Part shown: positions 11,683 through 23,400 of the stretch, in pieces
How positions within the stretch are numbered: position 1 is the stretch's first letter
How the letters are laid out: each line of letters opens with the position of its first letter
DNA from: Sphagnum compactum
Taxonomy: Eukaryota
Direction: 5' to 3'
DNA: 64,000 bases
NCBI GenBank assembly: GCA_965153455.1
Contig: OZ234493.1
Coordinates: 11,088,213 to 11,152,212 of the forward strand
The notes under the pieces: model-generated
The model's input: only the letters and a program-made list of their open reading frames with translations
Database searches by the model: none
Told to the model about the DNA's origin: nothing
Position numbers and translations under genes: made by a program

Positions 11683-14600
11683 ATAATCCTCCTGCTCACC
11701 TCATGTACTTTTGTGCATGTTGGTTGGTTTGTTCCTCTCTCAGGATTTTTACAGAAGAAATTTTCTCAAGGAGAGAAAACAGGGTCAGACACTGCAGTTT
11801 TGAAAGGCTGACTTCGTGGGGAGGTTTGACTGGAATGTAATAATTGGCTTCCAGCTTCCAGATGGAACACCTTCATGGGAACATTGGTGTCTGATGTGAA
11901 GAAATGCAGGTAGCACACAGAGGTACCTTGACTGGGCAGCAAAGATGTTTCTTATGATCATGTATCCATGGTACTGCACCAATATCTTCAGGGGCATCTT
12001 GTAATGTTCCTGACTGTATTGAGTTATACAATGCTGGTGTTGGAATGCCTATGTATCCCAAACTGCAAGTTTTAAAAGTTATTCTTATCATAATGCAGAG
12101 AGGTACCACGCTTGGGCTGCAAAGTCTGATTTTCTCTCAGGACTGTGAGATGTTACTTGCAGATTTGTTTTGTGCTGATATCATTCTGTTGTTTGAAGAA
12201 GTTATACTTTTCCACATAATATGGGACCTCAAGAATCTCTACTGAATTCTCAGAAAACAGTTCCCAGTGTTGTTGCTTCTAAACTAAAATACAATTCTTA
12301 TTAGTTTCATAAGTCAAATTTGTGGATCGGTGTACAGTTGGAAGCTGATCAATGTAAAGCATTTAAAAAGACAGTGACTGTTGCGCAAAACAGGTAGTAA
12401 ACCAGTCTAGAGTATTGTGTTAGTTACCGGAATCAGGTGCTAATGAGAGGCAAAGCCAATAAGTTTGTGAAAATTCTGCTGCTAAAGAAAAACTTGCTCA
12501 CTCTGATGAATATCTATTGCAACTGGACTTTCACAGTCCAAATGTATGTCAACAGTTTTCATGTGTGTTGCTTCTGCTTTCCAATGTCTATGCAGTTATG
12601 TAGTGACCAAGTACCTATTGGAAGTAAGTTGTGAAACTACATCCCTACTCAAGCTGGATACATCCAACAAGTTTGTTGGTCCACCAGATGCAACAAGTCC
12701 ATGGGAGTTCAAATTACAAATGTTGATGGTTGAAAAGTAAATTGGTTCTGGATTGAACAGTTCCCATGTTTGGCCAGCATGGAAATTGTTCAGTCTTTTT
12801 CAAGGAAAAACTGGTTTCAAATCCTGGAGAAACCAGGCTGCATGCAGTTGTTTTTCTAGTGTTCTGATATTATCTTATTGATGCTTTTAAGCAGGCTTAA
12901 TAATACAATGGATGAAAAAACAACTTATGAGAGACATTGCACATGAAATAGAGGAGATTCATTCTGAAGGGGATGGTTCAGAACTTCTTGCGTGATGATG
13001 CTTGGAAGGTTGTGATAGCACAATTTGTGTCATGTTGGATTTAGTGGTGGTGGAACTTATACAATGGTTCCCTTCAAAGTTTCACTGTGGAGTTTTGTAT
13101 GCAATCCCATACATTTGTTTTCTGATGGCTTTAATGGATGACCTAGTGTCTCCCCTTTCGGATGGGTGTTTTGTTGGCCTTGCCTACGAAGGCAAGGATA
13201 TTGTGTTTAGATCTGCAAGATTCGAATAGAAGTAGGTGCTAGCCAATGATGTTACTCTAGAGAGAGAGCATGGAGTTCTTCTTTGAGCACTTTGATTTAA
13301 GGGAAAAAAGTGTGCCTACAAGGTGCACATTTGTGGTGTGACAAGATGGGGTCATGTGTTTGTTGAAAATGGTGATGAGGGAGTGTAACTCACAACGCAA
13401 GTGCATTGGGCTTTTTTTGTGTGATGGAAATAGTTCTTTTGAAAAGCATTACAAGAAAAATACACCATATATTACATTGGAAAATTTGAAAAATAAATGT
13501 GTCAAAATACCTCATAATAAATAAGGTACTTATTTAGCAGCTTAATGTTGAATCCATTCATTATAGAGTATAGTAGCTTAAGGGATTTTGACCCCTAGGT
13601 AAATAATAGGTTTATTTTTATATGAAGATTTTTGATCCTAAGTCCTAACCAATGGTGTGCTTATGTGGTTAGGGTGTAGGAGGCCCTCTATGTAGGCGAC
13701 TCTACGTTTTAGACAATTTTTGCTTGCTTGTACAAGGGCTACATCAAGTTTCTGAATAATAGTTTGCAAGTAATTTTTTTGGAAATGTATACAGTACATC
13801 TCATCTCCACCCACCATTGGGAGTTGATGAAGTTAGTGGCCAGTCATGGCACTAGGCAATACTATTCAGGATGAATTTAAAATTTACCTACAGAGGGTTA
13901 TGACCACATTCATTCTTGTCAAGTTACTTTCAGTTTGTTGGCATAATGATAGTTATGGTTTGATAGTTTGGGATCATTTTCATTATCTTCTTGATCCATT
14001 GACACACAATCATACAATCCAAAGGCTAGCACAGAAAACAAAACCAGATTGGTAAATGGAGGAATGCAAGAAAATGCTCAGCAGAATAGAATGTAAAATG
14101 AAAAGATTATGAAGTGTTTGTTCACACCTGCCCTAAAAAAGTTCAGGAGACAGAGGTGAGGTGATAAGTGACACTCTGACTGGCATGTCCTCAAGACTTC
14201 CTTTTGTTGCTGTGTTCTTCATTTTTGTGAGCACAAAGGAATTCTTTGTGGGCACCCTACTCTAGGTACCCTCTCACACCAATTGTGGTTACCAGCTATG
14301 AGATGCAGTCTTGTAGATATGATTCAAAAATGACTACTTACATATGACTTCAGATTAGGATATGAATTAAAACATACTCAAACTCCAGTCTCCAAGACAC
14401 AGACAACTTACCAGGGTTTCAGGCATGTGCATCAGAGTTGAAAAATGCCAGACAACATCCTCTGCTGTAGTTTGATATCAACTAAATGAGCCTCTAGCTA
14501 CCAGTCAACTAGACCTCCACAACAACCTGAAAGCAGAACTGTGAAATACCACCTTAAAGTCTTTGCTTGATAACAGACTGAGTTCTGAGGTAAATTTGTT

Positions 14601-14749
14601 GGCATAATCCTCAAATAACAACAGCTAATCAAAACACTTGCACAACCAATTCCTAACAAATTTTGGGCCTGCATCTCTGGACAGCTTTCTGACCAAGCTG
14701 CTCACCAGGTTTAGGGATCCTAAGAATGAACATCTCAGTAAGTCCACTT

Positions 14750-16036
14750 TTACTCAAGAATCCCAAGAAGATCATCACTGCGGTACAGTGAAAACCTGCA
14801 AAAAAGTCTCAAAGTGAACAAGCTTATTTTTTGTGAGGAAAAGCAAGTCAATTCACAGCCTGGCAGTTTCTGTACCATACACAAAGACATCTACAATTGC
14901 TCCAAGGCTACCATCTCTAGTACAAGTCTCACATCAAAATGATTAGTAGAGTGGGAAGCTTGCACATTTGCATAGCACATCCTGACATATATTGAACTAC
15001 ACGGTTATTGCTACATGCAAGAACCCATAGAAGACAAAGCAGAGGAACAGGACAACTCACTCTTTGTCACCAAGAACAATTGATGTACCACCATACTCTG
15101 GAAGGAGTACCTTGTCTCCCTCCTTGACACTCAGAGGTATGATACTCCCATCCCTGAGTCGTGTACCAGTACCCGTTGCAATCACCACTCCTGAATTCAA
15201 CTACAAATGCCCAAATAAAGCATAGGGTAAGTACAGACCTGCAGATTAGGGTTTGTGCAGCACACAAAAAAGGAGGAGGATGTATCCACCACCTTCATGG
15301 CCCACGACATGATGTCCTCATGAATGGTTCCTTATCAGAGCAGAATTAGAAACACGATTTGGCATCTGAAAGCCCTTAATCACCAACAAGCCATTCACCA
15401 AAGATTAGGGAACCACATACACAGCAGTTATGCCTCCTCCCCCGGAACATATCAGTCTTTTCATTTCCTTTCTGAACCCTTACCTCCACAACTGATCTCT
15501 GTAGTGCATTCTAAGTGCATTGAGCTCATGCAATGTATCAGTGTGGACATGAACACAAGCAGCATACATAGTTCCTCATGTTTCCTCAGAGTCTATACAC
15601 ATGAAAAACAAAGCCTATAATCCCGATTGAGGATTATTTTAATGTAGATCAAGTAGCACAAATTAAACACATACTTGCAATGAACATACTACATTGGCAC
15701 CAAATTAGGGTTTCCACAGAACACGAAAAGAAGGATAAAATTGCCCCCAAGAATCGTGAATAGCAACTAAATATCTTCGAAAACTGTACTGCACAAATAA
15801 AAAGTAGTATTAAGCCATAACAATCACCAACAAAGCTGTGCAGGGAACTACACTGCCACGGGTCTTCGAAGTTAAAACATGAAGTAAAAGGGGGAGAAAG
15901 GAAGCAGCATGGTTTTATGTACCTTGGTCGTGGTCTCAGGGAGAAGGATACCGGCAGCAGTTCGAGTGGGCGCCACGATCTTCTCAACCAGAACGCGATC
16001 CAGCAGCGGCTTCAGCTTTCTTGCGGTGAGTGCCAT
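14750..16036 (-). CDS. CPN10: 10-kDa chaperonin (Cpn10/HSP10, GroES family), mitochondrial type, 99 aa, 3 exons
   Basis: Exons 16036-15923, 15200-15061 and 14795-14750 (300 nt, GT-AG). Protein: MALTARKLKPLLDRVLVEKIVAPTRTAAGILLPETTTK-LNSGVVIATGTG...SVKEGDKVLLPEYGGT...EFSLYRSDDLLGILE*. A probable 5'UTR intron acceptor lies at about 16054. Confidence 0.95.
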
Positions 16037-16168
16037 TTCTGCTCGGAGATGTCCTGTAAAATTTTCATGCAACTACTACTACGGCATGAAGCTCTCTCTC
16101 TCTTTATGCATACCACAATTGCAATCGATATTATCCACCACTTCAGAACTCTCCTACCTCCTGACTGT

Positions 16169-16186
16169 TTCTAGAATCTTCCAGAC
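16169..16186. promoter_or_regulatory. Heat-shock element upstream of CPN10
   Basis: TTCtaGAAtcTTCcaGAc: three perfect alternating nGAAn units plus a fourth near-unit, 133-150 bp upstream of the CPN10 ATG. Telo-boxes lie at 16198-16205 and 16381-16388. Confidence 0.65.
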
Positions 16187-17339
16187 GCGTCTTCTTTTAG
16201 GGTTTTCGAAAGAAATTTAGAGCTTCAGCAAGCCAGGGAATCGTTTATGAAGATTCGGTTTCAACGGCACAGGAATCCGACATTCGAGTACCTTTTTTTT
16301 GGGTTTCAGCATCATTTGATTTCATTTCACGCATTGACTCTATCGAAGAAGAAGAGCAATTACAATTTAAAAAATTCTGAAAACCCTAAAAATCGGATTG
16401 CTTCCTAAAAACCTCTAAGATTTTTCTTATTTGAAGGTATGCTTAAAGAGCATAATATCATGTGGTACATTTGAAAAATCCCTTTGGTTGTTTGGTTTTG
16501 TGAAATGCTTCATCTCATTCCTTCTTGTGATACCCAGCAGTTACCGTGGCAAAATAAAACATAAACAATTGTGTAAATTTTTATGGAAAGCATTGGGAGA
16601 CTTTATTTATCTTTGATCATGACACCTGACGATTATCAGAGAAAAAATGAAAAACAAAAAATAGGCAGCAGACATTCCACTTGAAAATGTACACTCCAGG
16701 TGCACTAGAAAATTTCTGTGGGTGCTTTGTGGGTAGGGTAAAAGCCCCAGGGTGGGCGCATATGTGCCAGTAAGTTAGCTGAGTCTGGCCCGGCATTTTG
16801 AACTTGCCTACTGACCCTTAGGCTTTACCTGTTGTGAAGCACAAGGTAAAGTTATATCATAAATGTACAAACCTGCCATAATTTTTGTAGTGTCACGATT
16901 CTCTTAAAACATTTTTGCATCTGCATATAGACAGCCATTGTTAGGCGCAAAAACTCAGTGATGATTGTCCAGGATCTTAGGAAATTGAAGAAATCTTCTA
17001 TGGTGGAATAGTGTGTCCTCTGAAAATTAGGGCAGGTTTTTTCTTTGGAGAAGGGTAGGGCCCTTGGCACGTCCTTGGTTTTCGGTGCCTGTCATTTGGG
17101 CTGTCACGCTCATGCATAGGCACCTCTAAACAAGGAAGGGCATCTAGCCTTACCCTTCTCTTGTACATAAACATATGGTGTTGGAGGGGATGGTTCTTTG
17201 CTTGCTATTGAAGAATGGGAGGAATCTTACGTGCTAGGTGTGAGATAGCACATAGTTACACTGGCAAAAATCTGTGTTAGTGTTAGTAAAGTCCATGTTT
17301 TAAAGTGAAAATTTCTGTCCACGCAACAACTTCAGACAA

Positions 17340-17745
17340 TAGAGATATCCTTAAAGTCAGGAAAAGACAGCACCAGTACCCTGAGTTTGGTCATACACAG
17401 GGTGAGATTCAAAAAAAACCTGCAAAAAAGTACATTAAGCATTCAAGGGGCGGGGTGGGGGGAAATACTCACGAAACCACCATTTGATGGTTTCCTGAGT
17501 TTCACCCTGTCTTTCTTCTTTCCCTGAGCGCCTCCACTGCTGCTACATGAATTTTCACTGATCCTACCTGTACAGCTACTATAATTCCTCTCGAACCTTG
17601 TGCATTCAACGCTAAGATTCAGCATTTCGTACTGAGTTTTGGCATTCCATACTGAGATTTAATAAAATTTACTTACCTTGCGGATACTACTAAAAGAAAG
17701 AGGGGTTAGGGGGTGAAAGGAAGCCCAAAGACAGGGTGAATTTGC
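17340..17745 (+). repeat. Dispersed repeat of about 400 bp, copy 1 of 3
   Basis: aagtcaggaaaagacagcacc...tttggtcata...gggtgagattcaaaaaa...caccctgtctttc...cttgtgcatt...gggtgaaagg...cccaaagacagggtga. Aligns by eye with 42585-42900 (+) and 51030-51375 (-). Confidence 0.8.
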
Positions 17746-18514
17746 GGATTTCTCTTGCTAATATCTGGAATGTATTTTGGAGGACAAGTTATTTTAGATA
17801 AGAGGGCTTACAGGAATTAGTTCGTGAGGACCCTGGGGTGGGGGATCTTTCATGGAAGATCCTTGGTTTCAAGGTTTTGTTTTTGGTAAGCCATGCTTTT
17901 ACAAACATGCTCACCTCAGTCGGTACACTGGGGAAGGCACCCTTGTCAGTGGTGGTTCCTAGTGTGGACCTCAATCTTCACGACAAGAACCCTTGAGAGG
18001 GTGCCTTCCCTATACTAAAGGATTGACTATTTTGTGATAGAATGGGCTCTTTCATTTTCCAGCAAGATATTTCTTTTTTCTTTCTAATTGTTGGTCCAAC
18101 ACGACCATGGTCCTCATCTTTCCTGCCCACCTGCCCACACTTCGTCGCATGTAGAAACTCAACAAACAGTAGAGAAAAGATAACATGCTCTCAACCTTGA
18201 CAATGGCACCAAAAACCACCTTTTTGAATGCCCTTGTACCAAGGTGTTCTCAAAATACAAGGAACCCCCTCAGTCCTGCCATGGGTGGGCCCTTATATAG
18301 GGAACACCTTGATCCTCAAGCATTACCAAATACCTTGGAAGAAATTCTTAGTGTAGTTGGAGGAGCAAGAAGTAAAGTCTATGCAAGCAAGAAGAAACAA
18401 AAACTTTGTGTGATTTACATTCTACCATTCAAAGAAACAAAAGAGTTTTGTGGGTGAAGGGCCAGATTTGGATACTTACCTATCAGAAACTGTCCAAAAT
18501 TCCCCTCAAGTATC

Positions 18515-18774
18515 ATAGCTGTGGTTCTCCAAAAACAATTCAAGTACCCAACCCTTCAAAATTTTAAAAAGTCCAATAACCATCCATAACCCGCCGGTTC
18601 TTTCATGAACCCAGTGATTATTTGAGGTGTTTGAAAAAACCAGAACTGTTGGCAACAGTTCTGTGATTCTCATTTTATCCAAATACCCAGGACCAGTGGT
18701 TCTTTGGTTCTTTCTTTCCCAATATGTAGGTGGATCCATGGTTATTAACAAAATCAAAGAACCGCCAAACACCC
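18515..18774. mobile_element. hAT-related MITE fragment
   Basis: The right end aaagaaccgccaaacacc is the reverse complement of ggtgtttggcggttct, resembling the cagtgttgggcggttct TIR of the hAT at 52392. It contains internal aaccc/ccggtt/gaacc motifs. The left end is uncertain. Confidence 0.45.
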
Positions 18775-20411
18775 GTGTGGGCCATCGCCACCACCGCAGA
18801 ATAGTGAAAAGCAGAGCCAAGCTGGGAGAGCAGCAGAGGAGTTGCAGAGAGAAGAAGAGGTAATGGCCATGGCCATGGCCCACTGCAATTTGTTCTGCTT
18901 TCTAGGGGCGAGACTCACTCGAGGGAGAGCTTTGAATGTATAGTAGCGTGGGACCCAGAATTGTTTGTTTTCCAAACACACCAAAACACCAATTATCTTC
19001 AGTCCAGTTTCGAGGTAGTTAAAGTACAATCGACAGAGATTTGGCACTAAGTCCAGATTTCAAATTTCAACTCGAATTGGAGAATATTTTAGTCCGTCAA
19101 AAGATTCTTCCTCACATATAGATGCAAATGATTGATGTTCGAGTATCTACTGTAGAAACAATAATGTGATAGAAGAAATGGAAAGAGCAGAAGAAGAAGA
19201 AGGGGGACATATAAGCGTGAGCAGATAGCTTTAGATGAGCTTCGAGACTGGAATCTTGACGAATTGTTTGTTAGTCGTCGTTTCATTCGAGTGATTTTCG
19301 CGCAACGCATGTCAAGACGTCGACGTGCATATGTGAACAATCCTCGAGGTGAAAACAAACACAGAAGACAAAAATGAGGGGGGCTTATGCATGAGATTAC
19401 GAACCAGCGCATGCCACATTTGAAAGCAAATTGCACACTGGCTCCTAGAAGAAAGAAAGAAAGAAAACAACCGGATTCATCAGATCACACTCCAGGATAA
19501 AACAGAGGAGAGCCAAACCCCGAAGCAACTAATAATCTGCAACAAGGTATACAACACATACTAGAATGTCAAGTAAAGCGTCTTCTGGCCCGACCGGTAA
19601 CAAGAAAAGAAGAAGAAGGAAAAGAACAAACAGCAAAGAGAGAGATTATCATGAGGTAAGGAGAGACACGACTTGAGAACAGAAATGCCAATTTTTGTTG
19701 CGCAACAAAAAGCAGCAAGAGACCAAAAGAAACATCATGGGGTGGCAAACGGAGAGAGACAAGTTGAGAACAGAAATGCAGGTGGTGTTTTTGTGCCCAA
19801 CAAAAAAACAGCAGTTACATAGAACAAGCACGGAACCGCTTGAAAAAAGAATATCAGATCGTAGAATGCGCCACTTGTGAAAGGGAAGCAGTAGGACCGC
19901 GGCGGCAGGAGAGAAGAGGTGAGAAACCAGTCCATCGACGCGCATGCGTCTCGTCTCACGATGGACGCGGCGGCGCTTGAAATGTGCTGGCGAAGCTTTT
20001 GCCGCGTCCCATCGTCGCTCGCCTGACGACGGCAGAAAGCTAAGCGCCAAAGACGCCCCCACTTTTCATCCATACCCTCACGTGAACAATTTTGTGATGG
20101 AAAATAAAAACCAAGAAAAAAGTTTCAGGAAATTTTATGTTTTCATTCGGTTCTCGTTGGAGGGATGAATGAAGTTCATTGTTTATTCACTCAAACTTTC
20201 AATAAAATAAAAGATCATAAAACCATTATAAATGAATGTTGATCATCCATATGGATGTTGGAATGTTGATCTTTGATGGATGACTTTCACCTGCCTCGTG
20301 CTTTTCCCTTATATGTCATTTTGCGGTGTTCTTGGTTTGCGGAGTTTTGCGATCCTGCATTTCTAGCGCGCTTCGATCTGCTTCTCCTGGAGCGGATTCG
20401 TGCTGCTCGCG

Positions 20412-23400
20412 ATGGCGATTGCCAGACCTGCGATGCCGGCAGTGATGCGAAGCCCAGGAATCGCACAAATCCAGCCCCAGAAACAGCAAGGGAGCTTGCG
20501 GATGACGCCTATGCCATTGACCATGCCCTCAGTGCGTCGTCGTTGGGGCAGCAGTGAGGAGCGGTCGCGGCAAGTGTGCGGAGATTTGTGCCTGTGCATG
20601 GCCAAGGAGGTGGCCGCGGCTGTATCCGTGCATTCTGGTAAGTTTGTTAATTATTTGTTCTTGTTTTGATCTCGTTTAATAAGGCCTCTCGGGGGTTCAA
20701 AGCCGAGACCAGTTTTGTAGCACATGCAGTACAGCGTAGGGTTTTGAAGCTCCTTGCACAATTGCGTTGGACAGTGCTCGCCGCCGCTTCTATGGTGTGG
20801 TGTTGCCTAACATCACTTCTGGTGGCTTCGATCATACGTGTAGGTTGTCAATTCGGGACTAAGAGATTCGTCCATGCTCTCGTCCATGCTCTCCTCGTCT
20901 TTTTGCTGGCTGCATTTCATGTTCTCTTGGCCCGTAACTGTACGCATTGAAACCTGTGATCAAGAAAACGCTTGAATTCTTATGGTGCAACTGTGTACAT
21001 ACACGATTCTGGGTTTGGTATGTGATCGGAGGGATTTTTTGGAGCTGATTGGTATCAATTTCTGGTGCATGCACATGTACATCATGCACTTGTGAAAAAA
21101 AGGGAATTCTTGTAAGGTGTATCTCATTTCGGTTATGTTATTGCTATGTAACTGGTCAGTAATTTGTTTTGCAGTTATAGTGCCAGAGCATCTGTGCACT
21201 TCTTTTTCTGCTAACTCCCTTCAAATTGAAGATGGAATGAACTTGATTGTAAGGGGAACATGGTGGTCATGATTGTGCTAATTTTAGACACAGAAGAGTA
21301 GGTTCTGATTGATTTGGAGTGAGTGCAGGGATATCAAAAGGGCAAGCTCAAAACCAGAATTCAGTGTTGATTACTCAAGAGGATGCAAAGAGCACATCAC
21401 CAGCAGGTGATGGTGCAATCTCCACTGAATCCACAGTTACCATCACAGTTGTTGGAGCCTCAGGTGACTTGGCAAAGAAAAAAATATTTCCGGCTTTGTT
21501 TGCTCTCTATTATGAAGGCTGCTTACCTAAGGTTCACACCCTTTCCCTAAGCTTTTGGAACTGGATTTGGGACTTTGAGCTCCAATTATTTTGTTTATGT
21601 TGTTACAAGTGGTCAACATCCTTTAGACCTAGCTTCTTGACAGGTTTTTCTCTGTCAATGGCAGCACTTCACAGTTTTTGGCTATGCTCGGAGCAAGATG
21701 ACAGATGAGGAGTTACGTAATATGATCAGTGCAACACTCACATGCCGGATTGATCAAAGGTAATTTGCTCAATACTGTTCTGATTCTCCATGCTGCAGAT
21801 GTGCCTATTGATAGGAAAACTTAACGAGTTGTCAAAAAGAGCACTGATTGTGCTATAAATTCATAAACAAATTCTTGTGCTTTTCAAGCCAATTCTACCC
21901 AGTGTGGCTTGGGAGATTGCTGCTATTGCTTAAATTCTGGACGCAGACATTACACAACTGTATTATGTCTGGTGCAGGGAAAACTGTGGGGACAAAATGG
22001 ACAAGTTTCTTCAACGGTGCTTCTATCATTCGGGCCAGTATAATTCTGAAGACTGTTTTGGACAGCTTTCCAAAAAACTTGAGGAACATGAGGTCTGATT
22101 CTTCAGTTTTGCTTACAGAGTTTGGAAGTGGACTGGTTGTGGGTAATATTCCATTATGTTGCATGAGTTTCCCTTGAAGGGATTTGTCATTAAGATCATT
22201 TGGTTGATATGAGATGAGTTGTGCATCACAGGCAGGCAGGTTGGCAAACCGGCTATTTTACCTCTCAATTCCACCTGACATTTTTGTCGATGTGGCACGC
22301 TGTGCAAGCCATTCTGCAACATCATTAAGGGGCTGGACACGTGTCATTGTGGAGAAGCCTTTTGGTCGGGATTCCCAATCTTCAGCTGAGCTGACACGGG
22401 GCTTGAAACAACACCTGAAAGAAGATCAGATTTACAGGTGGGGAATCCTAGATGAGTTTACCCTGAATTTCCATGTCTACAACCATGATATCTGTCAGTA
22501 AATTACTTAGGTGAGGGTGCATGCATTAATTTTGACATGCATTCTTACTATCTTCCTGTTGGCTGAATCAATCTTTCATTTCTACAGAATTGACCATTAT
22601 CTGGGCAAAGAATTGGTGGAGAACTTATCAGTTTTGCGGTTCTCAAACCTGGTGTTTGAGCCATTATGGTCACGCCAGTATATTCGTAATGTTCAGCTCA
22701 TATTTTCTGAAGACTTTGGGACTGAAGGTAGAGGCGGGTGAGACTCTCTGCTCTTTCTTCTGTTTTGTTTTTTACTCTGGCCTTTGGAATATGCTCTGGA
22801 ATGGGGCAAGCTGGTCTTTTGAACTTTATTATGGAGAAACCATATGGGTGTTGATAGAAGTTGTGCAGTAACCAGCTCTACTCTGGCTGAGGAGAGCAGG
22901 GTCTGCTGAACTACCTCCAGTTGAAATATCTATCCAGAAGGTTAATATGTGCTGCCCAGAAGCCAGGCTGCAGCATTGGAGCAGGAAATCCAGCACTGGG
23001 TCCTTGTCATTGGTTAGTGGGTAGTGTATCAACACAAATGACGATGTGTTGGATGTCTATTTTCAGGTACTTTGATAGCTATGGCATCATTCGTGACATC
23101 ATGCAGAACCATCTCCTTCAGATTTTGGCCCTTTTCGCTATGGAGCCACCTGTTAGCCTGGATGCTGAGGACATTCGTAATGAGAAGGTCTGTTCATAGA
23201 ATTTGACCATCCTAGATTTGCAATGCACTCTTATGTGGAGGGATGGATTTGCATCTGATCTTAGATGGTTTTTTGGAGGATCAGTGACAAAAACTTGTCC
23301 ATGTATAACTCTATCACTTCCATAAGGTTGATAGTTTGACAGGACTTGAAAGTTTCTTTGTACTTACCAGTTGACATATGGATCAGTTTCCATGGCCTTT

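Noticed and set aside
17929-18010. Structured RNA from the 13-bp inverted repeat gggaaggcaccct/agggtgccttccc
   Set aside because: The stem is short with an unpaired interior. It is more likely a tiny MITE relic and too weak to interpret.
18472-18482. U1 snRNA 5' end (ATACTTACCT)
   Set aside because: The following sequence does not continue as U1. It is better read as a minus-strand 5' splice-site consensus.
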